A stretch of 64,000 nt of DNA. Source: Eledone cirrhosa. Lineage: Eukaryota. Below the pieces are notes generated by a model. The model did no database searches. It saw only the letters and a list, made by a program, of their open reading frames with translations, and was not told the origin of the DNA. The position numbers and the translations under genes are program-made. Of this stretch, positions 1 to 13,207 are shown one piece after another (position 1 is the first letter of the stretch; each line of letters opens with the position of its first letter). The stretch spans positions 351,912,001 through 351,976,000 of the forward strand of contig OZ024740.1 of NCBI GenBank assembly GCA_964016885.1, read 5' to 3'.

Positions 1-119
1 TATATACACACACACACACATCAGGCAAGTTTGAAGGAAGGGTGGTGGGGCTGTTAGGGCATTACAACAATGTTATCAAATGCATGGTACATACTACTAA
101 GTTATACTCTATTGTGAGT

Positions 120-231
120 GATGGCAGTAGTGGTGGTGGTAGTAGTAGTAGTGGTGGTGGTGGTGGTAAGGATGGTAACATTAGTAGTAGTGATGGTGGT
201 GGTAGTAGTAGTTGTGGTCGTAGTAGTAGTT
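120..231. repeat. (GGT)n/(AGT)n trinucleotide repeat
   Basis: Visible directly. Confidence 0.9.
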
Positions 232-672
232 ATGTACATATATGCAGACATTAATGTACTTATGTAGATGCATGTGGATGCATGTGCATATGAATGTAAT
301 TTCATGCATATAAATGCACACATTAATGTACTTCTGTGTATACATGTTTAAACAAAGTATATATATCTGAACATATGCACATACTAATATACTTAATACA
401 TATCTATACATGTATATATATATATATATAAACAGAATAATTTTTGAAGCTTGTTTCTTTCCCCTGGTTAGCTTTACTCTGTTGTTCTCCTGTCTCACTC
501 GCTTTACGCGTTTTAATTGTCCTAATAACTTATTTTGGTTATTATTGCACCGACGTGAGATATATGATTTTTAATGCAATGAAATATCTATGATCTTCGG
601 CAAATCACTGATGAGGGACTTATTTTATTACATGTTATCCATGTGCTACCTGCAGTATTTTTCTCTATATTT

Positions 673-734
<62 letters not shown>

Positions 735-1552
735 CGAGAGACATCATATATACATTCTTTGAACAGCTGGCCATTCATTAAATAGTCCAAAGATAGTTCA
801 GTAAGTAGTTATGTTAGTATCAAAGTTGTTACACATCACTCCATCAATAATATCCAAGATTATATTTAGAAGAAATCTATCAAACTAATTAATAAAAGCT
901 CTCTTCTAAACAATGTTAAATTCTTCAAATATGAACTGGACTATATATACATACGGTCACACAAACTCCATTTCCCTCTCTCCCTCTTTCCTACAGTAAT
1001 AACAGGCTCTTCACTTCAGAACATGCCAGATGTTCCTATTTTCTTTAGAAGTCAACTCATTGAACTCCCCACCTCATGTTCTCACTCTAGCCTTACATGC
1101 TGTTTCTTTGCCCAAAATGCACTACACATCCAAACGCTGAACTCAATCTTTCATAGTGAGGACCTAATATCTCCCTAGCTGAACGAACCCCTCCCACTCA
1201 CTCTCTCCACACACACATATATATATAGATATATATATATTCCATGTATTCTCAAGATACACTAGCTTCTACTATACCAACTCCTTTTTACCAACACAGA
1301 ACATTGACATAAGGTATGTGAAAGAGTATGATTAAACATTGTATATATGTCATCATTATCATCATTTAGTTATGGCCCTTTACTTTCTGAGTTCAAATCC
1401 CACTGAGGTTAGTATTGCCTTTCATCTTCACAGGGTCGATAAAATAAAGCACCAGTAATGCACTGGGAGTGATTGCTGGCTTTGTGCCAAAAGTAGAAAC
1501 AATTATCATCATCATTTAGTATCTCTTTTCATTGCCGGCAAGGATTGGATTC

Positions 1553-1850
1553 ATCATCATCATCATCGTTTAACGTCCATCTTCCACGCTAGCAGGGGTT
1601 TAGACGGGAATTTTCCCACTTGAGGCAAGATTGGTTGTCTTGCTCGTATAGGACTGTCTGGCGGGTTTTCTACAGCTGGATGCCCTTCCTAACACCAACC
1701 ACGTTTACAGTGTGGACTGGGAGGTTTTTACCGTGTTACGTACACAGCCACATTACAGCGTGGACTGTGTGTGTTTTTTTTGTCATGACACCTACACGAC
1801 CTCATTTGTTTCAGACTGGATGTTGTGGTACCAACATAACTTTACATTGA
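1553..1850 (-). mobile_element. RTE 3'-tail copy (others at 4705-4880, 13620-13855, 23095-23180, 39160-39400, 39480-39625, 53800-53975, 54498-54660, 54853-55078, 59500-59612, 63100-63216)
   Basis: Shared GGTGTTAGGAAGGGCATCCAGC...CTAACCCATGCTAGCGTGGAA...(GAT)n motifs. Confidence 0.85.
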
Positions 1851-1852
1851 AA

Positions 1853-1951
1853 GGGGTGGTGTGGATGGAGTGGGGGTAGTGTGGATGGGGTGGGGGTAGT
1901 GTGGATGGGGTGGGGGTAGTGGGATGGGGTGTGGGTAGTGGGACGGGGGTG
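1853..1951 (+). repeat. About 5 x 20-bp G-rich tandem repeat
   Basis: GGGGGTAGTGTGGATGGGGT units. Confidence 0.9.
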
Positions 1952-2089
1952 TATTTTTTGTTAGAGGTGCCTACTGACTGTAGGTTTATATTAGTTAGAT
2001 ACTGACTGTTAGATTATATATATATATATATATATATAAACAAGAAGTGTAAGTCAACAGGTTAAATTTAACTTTGTTTATTCATAGTC

Positions 2090-2148
2090 GCTGTTATATA
2101 TATTTTAGTGATAACCATTATGCAACAACTATGACCTCATCAGACAGC
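2090..2148 (-). ncRNA. Decayed minimal hammerhead motif
   Basis: Minus strand gctgt-CTGATGA-ggtcatag...ttatcact-AAAA-tatata-TA-acagc. Perfect 5-bp helix I; GAAA has become AAAA. Confidence 0.65.
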
Positions 2149-2274
2149 TAGAATTTGAACAAACAAAAAACAAAGACATAACAATGGAATAAAGCTTACT
2201 TCTGTTATTTCAATTTTTTTATATGCTTAGTGCTGAAATTTGGTGGTGTCTTTTCAAAGCACACACACACACAA

Positions 2275-2352
<78 letters not shown>

Positions 2353-3854
2353 ACATATATATACATACATATGAGTTTTGTCTGATGATCCAGTGACTAT
2401 TCAGATGAAATTCCAGAGTAACAAGATTCATCACTTAATCAAGTAGGAGATGTAAGCAGTAATAATGATGGAGGTAGTTACTAGTGATGCAAATAGCTAA
2501 AAAGTGGTATGGAAGGAGTATTGGCAGAGTGGGTGCACAGGGATGGAGGAATGGCTACTTGGGTGCGATAAAGAGGGTATCTAACGACTTTAGAGGGAAG
2601 GGGGGAATATATTTAATATACTATTATATCATTTCTATGCCTCCACTGCACCCTTAGGCTCCAACGCCCCCTGGACCTTCTCAATTCCTCCTGGGGTGGG
2701 GGAAGTAGCGCCCACTTTGAGAACCTCTGCTATAAAGCATATATTCTTGGTCTTTACTGTCTCTACTAAGTTTATTCTTCCTGTAGAGTAATAATTGCTT
2801 CTACTTTTTGGCACAAGGCTAGCAATTATCCCAAGTGTATTACTGGTACTTTAAAGCATGGCGTCCGACCTTCTACTGATACTGCCAATCCCCCGCCCTA
2901 AAGAGTTATAATATTACTTGTTTGGTTCATTGAAAGAAGAGGTGTATAGTCATACGTGATAGACAATACTAAGTTGATATAAATGTTATTTGAACTTAGG
3001 AACACAAAGTCCCATAGTATCATCATCATTTTATGTTTGTTTAGCATCCAATAGTAATCTATATTGTGAAACATTAAAGGTAGTGCCTTCTTACCCTTTA
3101 TTTACACACAAAACAAGCACATGTATTGTATAAGCAAATTTAGTCATCCATACATACAACTATTTACTCCATTAATAAAAACACACACACATATGTACAA
3201 CATATATATATATAAATATAAAGCTTCTTACACATCACACAAATATGTTAGTAAACCAAATTATACTTACACACAGATATAAACAAAATGACATACACAC
3301 CTACAAAGAAACATACACACACACACACACACACCTACAAAGAAACATACACACACACACACACACACACACAATAAAGAAACAAATAAACCAACAAAGA
3401 AACAAGCAAATACATCCATATAAACACATACACATGTATACAAAATTACCCACAAACACACTGACATCCATTCATCCATCCATAGATATTATACAAAAAT
3501 ACACACCAACAAAAACACATATACAGAGTGATTTTCAAGATAAATTATGGAAGAAATGTAAGCCTAACATTGCTATAAACAGTTCAATTTGGTTTCCATT
3601 AATTTTAATATGGTGAATCAGCAGCAAATGAAATGGAGCTTATATTTTGATATCACTATGTTGGTAAACTGATCCGGAAATCTCTGCAAGTCAGTAATTT
3701 GGTCGGTTTGATGTTAACCTATATAAGATATGTTGCAGGTGTCTCATACAAACTTATGTAGAGGTTAGCAATAAAATAGTAATCTATATTTCTGCTTTTT
3801 TTTTTTTTTATCATGATTGTTTTTGATAATGCAGAGTTGTTTATTTTTATATAT

Positions 3855-4193
3855 GGAGGCACATGGCTTAGTGGTTAGAGCATTGGCCTTGCAATCGAAA
3901 GGTTGTGAGTTCAATTCTCAGACCGGGTGATGTGTTGTTTCCTTGAGCAAGACACTTTATTTCACATTGCTCCAGTTTACTCAGCTGTAGAAATAAGATG
4001 ATAGGGACTGGGGTCCCTATCATTCCACTGCAAAGTGGACGTGTAGGTGCCACGACAAAAAAGCACCCAGCACTCACTGTAAATGAGGTTGGTGTTAGGA
4101 AGGGCATCCAGCTGTAGAAATCAAACCAGAATCAGTTCCCGTCCCACCCTTGCAAGCAGGGAAAGGCGGACGTAAAATGATGATGATGATGAT
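3855..4193 (+). mobile_element. tRNA-derived CORE-like SINE with RTE 3' tail
   Basis: A box TGGCTTAGTGG, B box GAGTTCAATTC, CORE-like CCTTGAGCAAGACACTT, then the RTE 3' UTR sequence and (GAT)n. Confidence 0.85.
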
Positions 4194-4256
4194 ATATATG
4201 TATATATATATATATACATACACACATAAATATACACACATACATAAATATATATA

Positions 4257-4299
<43 letters not shown>

Positions 4300-4303
4300 A
4301 TAT

Positions 4304-4345
<42 letters not shown>

Positions 4346-4451
4346 CATACATAAACATACATATATAATACATACACACACATACATATACAGTATATAG
4401 ATGCTTTTGTTCGTTTATCCCACATTTTATTTTTTCCCATGTGCAACTTTG

Positions 4452-4483
<32 letters not shown>

Positions 4484-4492
4484 GTATAGTAA

Positions 4493-4700
4493 AGGCATGT
4501 GGCTGAATGGTTATGGTGTCCTTGAGCAAGACACTTTATTCCACATTGCTTTAGTTTACTCAGTTGGCAAAAATGAGGGTCAGCCTTGCCATACATTGTG
4601 TCATGATGAATCTTCCATGTGTCTGTGGAATGCTCAGCCACTTGCACATTAATTTTATGTGTATTCATCATTGAAAATGATGGAGGTTCAACAACAACAT
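4493..4700 (+). mobile_element. Decayed tRNA/CORE-like SINE with a different 3' domain
   Basis: GGCATGTGGCTGAATGGTT head, CCTTGAGCAAGACACTT, then GGGTCAGCCTTG...GCTCAGCCACTTGCAC. Confidence 0.7.
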
Positions 4701-4989
4701 ATATATCATCATCATTTAACATCCATTTTCCACACTAGCATGGGTTAGACAGATTGTCCCATTAAGGGCAAGTTGGGTCAGGTGACCGTGTCTTACTCAT
4801 ATAGAACTTTTTCTGGTTAGATTTTTATGCCCTTCCTAACACCAACCACATTTACAGTGTGTGCTGGGTACTTTTTATCATGATATATGTATGACTAACA
4901 GATAGATAGATAGTTCACTAAATTTGGTGACAGTGTGTGATGAAATGGTGTCATTTATGCTATTTCAGATTTTCATTTGACAACTAGAC

Positions 4990-5480
4990 AAAGTAGAAAT
5001 GTTAGGATTCTATTTAACGGACCAGGTTATAAAAGTTATAGAAATGATTGGATAAAGAATTAGGCTATACAAGATGCAGTTTGGCTTTGTGCCAGGAAGA
5101 CATACAACCAATGCTCATTTCCTAGGGATATAATTGCAGAAGTACTTAGCTAGTAAGCCTTGTATCTGGTATTTATAGACCTAAACAAGTCCTTTGATAG
5201 AGTCCCCTGCTCTGTAATCTAGTGGTAGCTAAATAAACTAGGGTTACATGAATAGTATGTGAGACTCATATAAATCATGCACAGTGATATAATTAGCAAT
5301 GAGTACAATGCAAGTAAACATCACCAAGGCTCATTTTTCAGCCTCCTTCCTTTTATCATAGTCATCCAAGACATAAGAGGTTTTAAAACTGTCTATCTAT
5401 AAGAACTTCTACATGCCAATGATCTAGTTCTTCTATCAAATTTAGAGTAGACATTTCAGACAGGGAAACAAAACCTGAAA
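4990..5480 (+). pseudogene. Heavily decayed RTE reverse transcriptase fragment
   Basis: Frameshifted remnants matching the intact copy: MQFGFVPGR.TT, KYLASK, FIDLNKSFDRVP, ELLHANDL. Confidence 0.85.
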
Positions 5481-6079
5481 TCAACACACACACATCTGTA
5501 GAAAATATGTTTTTTTCAGAATTAATAGTGTTTGGGGTTATATCTATATATTGTCAGACATTGTTATGTAGTATACTAAAAGGAAATGGGGGAATGCAAC
5601 ATTAAATTACCATTAAGATATATCTAAGAAATCTATAAAATAATAATGGTATATCTTAATTTTCAACATAAGATTATGAAGATAATTTTAAGTTTCTAGA
5701 CAATTAAACTCATATCTTATGTTTAGTTACAAACTATTTTTTTAATCAGTTTATTTGGCTAACACCTTCAGGTGTTCTACATTATGAAATTATAATTGAC
5801 AAAGAATATGGCTCTTAGCATTAATAATGTCTCTGGTTTTAAAGACTAAGGATTATGCATTTTTTTTAATGAGTCACTGTTGTAAGTAGTAGCAGTGTAA
5901 AGGCAATGGATTTGTAGAATTGGTAAAGCAGAAGACCAAATCACTTGTGTTATTTAGTTATACACCTTTATATCTAGTTCAAATAATGTCAAGGTTGACT
6001 TTTCCTTTTGTGGTTCAAGGGCAGGAGTGAGATTCAAATATGTATCATTTTTGACTGGTACTTATCATGATATCATCAT

Positions 6080-6321
6080 CAGTTGATCAACAAGATCCCA
6101 GACTTCATTCACTTAACGAGTGGGGTAGATAGAGCTCATCAAATCAGACGAAGGCACATGGCTGAGTGGTTAGAAAATTGGATTCGCAATCATGAGGTTG
6201 TGAGTTTTATTCCTGGACCAGGCGATGTGTTATGTCCTTGAGCAAGACATTTTATTTCACATTGCTCTTTCTGCCTGGATTTGTGACAGGTAGATAGTAT
6301 TAGCAATTGGCAATTGACCAT
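6080..6321. mobile_element. tRNA/CORE-like SINE with an internal inversion
   Basis: 6152-6321 (+) is head, CORE and mid-section; 6080-6155 (-) is the tail seen colinearly in the copies at 47279-47535 and 50930-51175. Confidence 0.8.
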
Positions 6322-9300
6322 ATTTCTAATGAAATATACTTTTTTAATTGATTAATGAAGAATTTTCAGAGATTAACAGAGATAGAAATTTTACATATGG
6401 TTCTTATATGAAATTGTGTTGGAAGGCTTTAATTTAAATAGGAGACTTCTAATTTGGGTGGTTCGGCTTTAAAGAGCTAAAGCCAGTCTTTGGTCAGGCT
6501 GGTAAAAGATTTCATTTTTTTAAATTTTACTGTTTTAACTAGTACAATGATGATGATGATGATGCATTGCAATACATCTATAAATGTTTGTTCTCACCAA
6601 TAAATTCTTTTAAATTTTGCTTTCCATAACAATTGTGTAAAAGCTATTATTAGCATCAGTTTTAAATGAAAACAAAAATAAGCCTAACAAACCACCCTGT
6701 TTAACACCACTGTCACCTGGTATTTTGGCTATCTTTAGCAGACTTATTGTATTGCAAGTATTTAAATCAGGTTGCTTCCCTGTTCAGGTTTTCCTGCATA
6801 TATTGACTTGCAAGGTTTTAAGGCTAGGTATGATTCAATAAGTTTGTATATATTTTAAGATATATTGTATTTATCCCTTGTCAAGTTTCAAGGAGAATAA
6901 ATAATATCTGTCCATATGTGATGTGTTAGGAAAACTGAATAAATTAATGATTCCAAACTTAGACAAAAAACCACATATTTTAAGAACATGTATGTAGAAG
7001 ATTACACTGATTCATCTCTTTAACTGATACTTCATTTTACTGACCTCAAGACATTGAAAAAAATAAGTTAAATTTGACAGAAATGAAACTCAGAATGCCA
7101 GGTACATTACCAATTTCCTACTATAATTGTAGTAATTAGACAAGTTGATTTTAAATAAAAGAAAATTTATATGATATCTTAGTGGAAATTAGAAAAGTTT
7201 GTTAACTGGTGAAGTTAGATAATATTCAGGGATTATTTTAACAAAATACTAAAATGTCAACTAATAAACAAACCAAAAAATGATGGCTGGTATTTAAGAA
7301 TATTCTCACTATCTGTCCTATAATTTGTTTCGGTGAGTGGAAAACTTTAACTTAGAACTCCGTTCAGCTTTATAATAGTACTTTTAATTTCCCTCCTGGG
7401 AAAACCTTCTCAGTGTTTGATTTCCAAATATCTAACTTCTTCCTTCTGTCTGATCAACTTGCAGACATTTTTACATCTAGCCTCAGAACACCTATCTCTT
7501 GGTAATTAAATTCCAATTAAGCAGACTGTGACACAGCAAGGGTTTCATGTTTGGGGACTAAGAATAGTTTACTTTTAAGTGACAGGTGATCTATACATTG
7601 GATTTTCAGCTGACAGTATAAAAGCCAATACAAACTTGTGTCAGGAAACTAATAATGATCAGCATTGGCAAGAATCATTTAGTGAAATTGGTAAATTTGA
7701 TTAATTTCATATATTCCCCTTCTCTATCCCTTACCTTTCCCATCTTCCCTCTTTCTTACTCTGCTCATTCTTGATATATCAGTGCTACTAAAAAAAGCTA
7801 AAAGAATTTTCAATCTGTAAAGAAAGTTTTAGCTTGAAGAGTTAATATTCTTATCCTCCAATGGTATCTAAATTTGCAAACATGACAGATTAACATTCAA
7901 TGTTAATCACTTCGCTAGTTAGATTCTCCATTTGCACTACAATGACAGCCAAAAGTTTAGAATTGTGAAATGACTTGAACATCTTTATATATATGGTGGT
8001 GACCTAGAATGGCCACAGGCAGATGACTGAAGCCAGTAAGTGAATATGTATACATATAAAATAGTGTGTTTTATTATATGGCTAAGGCTATGCAAATGGA
8101 ACATTAGATGCTAGAACTAATTGTTTCTAATTTAGGCACAAGGCCAGCAATTTGAAGAGGAGGGGAAAGTCGATTAAATCGACCCCAGAGTATGACTGGT
8201 ACTCTATTTTATTGACCCCATAAGGATGAAAAGCAAAGCTAACCTTGGTGGGATTTGAACTCATATTACAAATAATTGTTTCTACTTTTGGCACAAGGCC
8301 AGCAATTACCCAGTACATTACAGGTACTTTATTTTATCGACCCTGTAAGGATAAGGATGTTGGAATTTTACCTTGGAATTGTTTACTAGTCCTTAATGTT
8401 TTGGGGATAAACTCCCTTCATCAAAAGAATAGTTGAGGAAATTTTGGATTTCATCAATAAAATAAGTACCAGTCAAGTACTACAACTAATATAGTTTTAT
8501 GGTTTTCTAAGTGTAATGTACTCTATACTACATTCAATGTTTGCTAAATTATTCATTTAGTAGTGTTGCTTGATTTATGATAAACAATGTCTTGTATGGC
8601 CCATTGTTAGTAAAACGTCTCTGGTTGGTCTAAAGCAATGGAACAGTACCAGATTCTGTAGTATAATTTAAGACTTTTTATATGCTCTGTAGTAGTTCTG
8701 AGTTCAAATATTCTATGAACCTACTAAGATGTGTCACTTAGAATACATGTGAGGTTTAACTGCTATATCTATAAATTCATTAATTCTAATGAGAAAATAA
8801 CACTTAGTTAAATAAAGATAAATTATTTTACTGATAAATCCATGACATGATAAATCATGAATGACCATGGGTTTGCACATAGAAAGTTTCCCTGAGAGAC
8901 AAGCCCAGGCAAGGTATTTTTGTGAAAGACCTGCGGTCACTCATGCATACCAGTCCCCCCTCTGCACACTACTAATGTTGTCCAAAAGAAAAGCATAAGC
9001 CAATACAGCTTGGCACCAACTGAGTGGGCTGAAGCAACATGAAATAGATATCTTACCGAAGGACACAATGCACTGCCTAGTCCAGGAATTGAACTCACAA
9101 CCTCACAATTATGAGCCCAACACTTTAACCACCAAAATCCATGTAGTTTTAAAATAGCTTAACTTGAATTTGATAAACAATACATTAAATGTTATTAAAG
9201 AATTTTTTTTTAATCATAGAATTTGAAGTAAATAAGTTGAGCTGAAGGATTCTGAGAACTTACAGAGATGTACATTTTAACCTTATAACTAACTATGAAC

Positions 9301-10907
9301 TCATTAACTTGAACTATATTGTATAGATTATACAGATATTCACTTGTGAAAGCAAGGGATAGTTACATCTTTTTGCATGACAAATTACAAAAAAAAAAAG
9401 CATGAAAAAGAAAATCCAAATACAAAAATTATGTCAACAAATGGCATTAGTCTCCACTAGAAAAACTATATATCATCTCACATGTTTATCCACTTTAGTA
9501 TGATGAACATACTAAGTTGACAGACATTGACAACTCCCACCATGTTTTCAATGATAAACTGTAATTGTCTGTCTGTTTGTTATAGCAACTACTAATACAA
9601 TTGTGGTATAGGTTACCCTCTGTATAAATTGTCAGTATTCGCCCAATCCATGTCTAACTTAACAGTAAAACAGTGCGGCTTAGATGCTGTGTGAATTTGG
9701 TTTAAAATAGATTCTTTGTATCTCTGTGCATTGTAAGAGCCAACTAAAAGGGTTGGTGCTAGAAAGGGCATCCAACCATAAAACATTGCTTCAAAAAGGA
9801 CCCCATAAAACTTAAAAGGTGCCATGCAAGGAATAAAACATGAAACCAAAAGGTTACAACGTAGACACCTGCATTTAATGTCAATTTATATAACATCAAT
9901 TATCTTAATTATATGTCTTAAACTTCTGAGATGAATCAATTATAATTTCCAAACTCTTAAACTCATCCTTTATATTTCCAGTAACCTTTTTGAAACCAAC
10001 TTGCCTGAGCTGCAACTGGTTCTGTGATACAAAGCTGTATCTAGAAACTTTCCATCATAATTTTATGTAAGAACTTTTAAATTATTTTCCAATCACCAGA
10101 TTAATAATGAGAAAGTTTATTATATTATTACATCACACTATTTCTTTTTAAATTATTACTTTTTAAATTATTTCAAAATCAAAGGTAATGTACTTCATTA
10201 GAAATACAGTAATGAAAGGGTTAAACAACATTTGATTGGTTCAGTCTCTGAAAACTGTCAAGTTTGCTATTCCTGAATATCTTACATTTAAACCTAGATC
10301 GTTCAGTAACTAAATGAAGGATGTTAAATTAGCTAAATTAGCTAAATTAACTCATTAATAAATACCCCTTCACTCAGAAATAAATGTTTCTATATTAACT
10401 CTAGTTTGAAACAATGTATATATATATATATATATATTTATTTATTTATTTCAGGAATAGGAGCACCTAACGATAATTGGAGATCAAACTGATGAAAAAA
10501 AGAGAAACTTAAAAGATGAGGTTAATAGTGTGGAAAACTTTTGTGTGTCAATTATCTTGATGTAAAAACATCCACAAGTTATTAATTATGGTTCTCGAAC
10601 AATTACCTTCATTACAAAACAATGTTATTTTATTTTTCATTGATGAAATACTTTGTTGTTGTTCAGCTTTCAAATAAAATCAATGACGTATTATGCAACA
10701 AAATCAATAGAGTGTTTAGATGACCCAGATATTTCCAACGGAGTTGTTGAAATGGGTTTACAGATAGCATAATAGTTTAAAAGGGATGGAAGAAATTTAG
10801 TACAATATTACCATTGTTGATGACAAAGGGATTTTCTTTCTCTCCATACGAAAAGCTAACTGTACAATGTATATGTCAGATATATAGATTAAGGTATGTA
10901 TGTGTGT

Positions 10908-11190
10908 GGAAGCATGTGGCCTAGTGGTAAGGGTGTTGGGCTTACGACCATAATGTCATGGGTCACATTTCTGGGCTGGGTTGTGCATTGTATTCTTGAG
11001 TAAAACACTTTAGTTCACGTTGCTCCAGTATACTCAGCTGTAAATGAATACCAGCAATAGCTGGTGGGTTTAACCCTGCGATGGACTGGCGTCCTATCCA
11101 GGAGGGAGTCTTGTACTCTCAGTCGTTTCATGCCATGAAACTGGGATAAGCACCGGCCTAACAAGCCTTCTAGTTTAAGACAAACTTTAG
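10908..11190 (+). mobile_element. tRNA/CORE-like SINE with V-domain-like 3' part
   Basis: TGGCCTAGTGG A box, CORE-like segment, then CCCTGCGATGGACTGGCGTCCTATCCAGG resembling the V-SINE domain. Confidence 0.7.
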
Positions 11191-11370
11191 ATCTTTAGTA
11201 TTTACGTGTCCCAACGACTTTTTTTTAGCCGTTGCTCGCACCAACCTGAGGTATATGGCCTTTAATGCGACGAAATGCCTACGACGGTTGGATGGCCACT
11301 GATGAGGACAAACTTTTTCATATGTAACCCATTTGCAGCGCCGCAGCTCCATTATTATCATATATATATA

Positions 11371-11498
11371 TTAGCCGTCGAAACGGCTTGAGCTCAGCTG
11401 TCGGGGTCTTACTGGTTCCTATTACCCACTCTACTACCTCAAGTATTGAGTACTTTGGTGCGTTATGGTCCACCTGGTTCCTTACCACATTTCCTTCG

Positions 11499-11500
<2 letters not shown>
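11371..11500. mobile_element. (TA)n-inserted short element family (also 40738-40912, 52011-52172, 54697-54840)
   Basis: Four copies share one end (GGTTCCTTACCACATTTCCTTCGTTATATA), each bounded by TA runs; contains the AGCCGTCGAAACGGCT hairpin. Confidence 0.8.
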
Positions 11501-11539
<39 letters not shown>

Positions 11540-12482
11540 TATATGTATGTATATGTGTATGTATATGTCCAAAACATGAAAACTCTTTTCCTACTATATC
11601 AAGCGTTAAACTAATATATTCTCCATTATAGTGTTGTTTGCTTTGTTGTTTCCACTTACTTTTTGAATATGTGTATCTGTGAATGTGTGTGTGTATCAGC
11701 ACATTGACTTGTACCAAATTTCCTTTTATTTGTAAATAGTGAAAAGACCAATCGCCCTGTCTAGTGTCCATTTGTTACTGTCCCATATGTATTGGATCTA
11801 GTGGTATTGACCTTAAAGCACTGAAACCATGAGGACCTCTAGGGTTAATTGATGAGGATGGACTGTTCAATGCTTTATCCATTTTTCCCTTGTCTTTGCT
11901 CACCTTTATATGTGTGTGTGTGTGTGTGTGTATAGTGTTTAATGAGAAAAAGAAGGAAAAGTGCCCAGGATTCATTTAGGGCCTCTGGAAGGGAGGAAGA
12001 AAAATATCCTCAAACTAGAAACCTGGCTCAAATGTTTGCAGCAGAGTGGACTCCACTAAAGGCACCTAACAACTAAGTGGTGTTAACTAGGGCAATAGAT
12101 TAAGCAGGCCACAGTGAGATTTGAATTCAAGATACAGAGAGCTGGAACAAACAACATAAATCATCTGATCTATTGTTCTAAAAATTCCACCAGTTCTCAA
12201 CCCAGGATTGTTACTTTATTTTAATGACCCTGAAGAATGAGAGACATAGTTGACTAAGGCAGGATTTGAATATAGAATGCAGAAACCTAGAACAAATACC
12301 ATAAGGGATATTGTCTTATGCTCAAAACAACTGTTAACTCATCACCTATGCAATTGGAGAGGAATAAAAGAGATAAATATATTCCATTGCATTTAGTATA
12401 AGTTTGAAAATATAACTGTGGACCAGAATCACTTGTCAAACTGTGTTCTTTAATGTTTAGTCCCAGGATAGTCCTAAAAGTG

Positions 12483-12665
12483 CAGGGTTTCCCAAACTTT
12501 TTCAAATGCAGAACCCTTTTAGGTTCAGAACTTTTGGGGAACCCCAAAGTCTAATACTGTTATATGGTCTTAATATAAATATACTCCTCTAACTTTTTTC
12601 ACAGAACCCCAGACACTCCTTTGCAAAACCTGTGGGTTCCATGGAAGCCACTTTGGGAACCACTG
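12483..12665. mobile_element. hAT-type MITE (second copy 63857-64000)
   Basis: TIRs CAGGGTTTCCCAAA / TTTGGGAACCACTG; the two copies share internal sequence. Confidence 0.75.
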
Positions 12666-12959
12666 TTCTAGTGTATAATAGAGTAAACTTATGATCTAGG
12701 CATTCCAGCCATGACAATCTATTTTTTTCAGGTATAGTGTACCCCAGGTCACATTATCCAATATGCGCTTTTTTTAATTGGTAGCATGTGTTTGGAGATA
12801 AATCTAACTATTATTTCTAGCAGTTCAAGCAACTACATAAAGGTACCCTCACTGTCACAAGTCAATCTATGTAAGAGATGTCCTTAGGTAAGTAATAGAA
12901 ATAAATAAACCATGTTGAGTAAATCAGTCTTATAAACTGGTTATATATAAACATTGAAT

Positions 12960-13207
12960 GAACCCTTTTGATACCAAACTGCCTAAAACTATCCCTGGTT
13001 CTCTGGTACAAAGCTGTTTATTTTGAAGTGCTTAGATTTATTAAAAAATCTTCCATCATAATTTCATATAAGAACCTTTTTTAAGTTATGTTTCAAACAT
13101 CAGCTTAATAATGAGAAAGTTATATTACTAGATACTTTAAAATTTTTTTATTATTTTCAAAATTATAGGCAATGTATTTAATAAGAAATTTGAAATGAAA
13201 GGGTTAA
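12960..13207. mobile_element. piggyBac-type MITE family 2 (also 9982-10224, 6318-6505, 23605-23825, 24940-25078, 56518-57107)
   Basis: AACCCTTTTGATACC ... AATGAAAGGGTTAA termini with shared internal sequence. Confidence 0.7.

Noticed and set aside
42-323. Gly/Ser-rich and poly-Thr ORFs
   Set aside because: Trinucleotide repeat translation with no splice or homology support.
3855-3930. tRNA gene
   Set aside because: A/B boxes are present, but there is no acceptor stem closure or terminator, and it runs into SINE body sequence.
11272-11310. GAAA ... CTGATGAG hammerhead candidate
   Set aside because: Could not form helices II and III with the required NUH.
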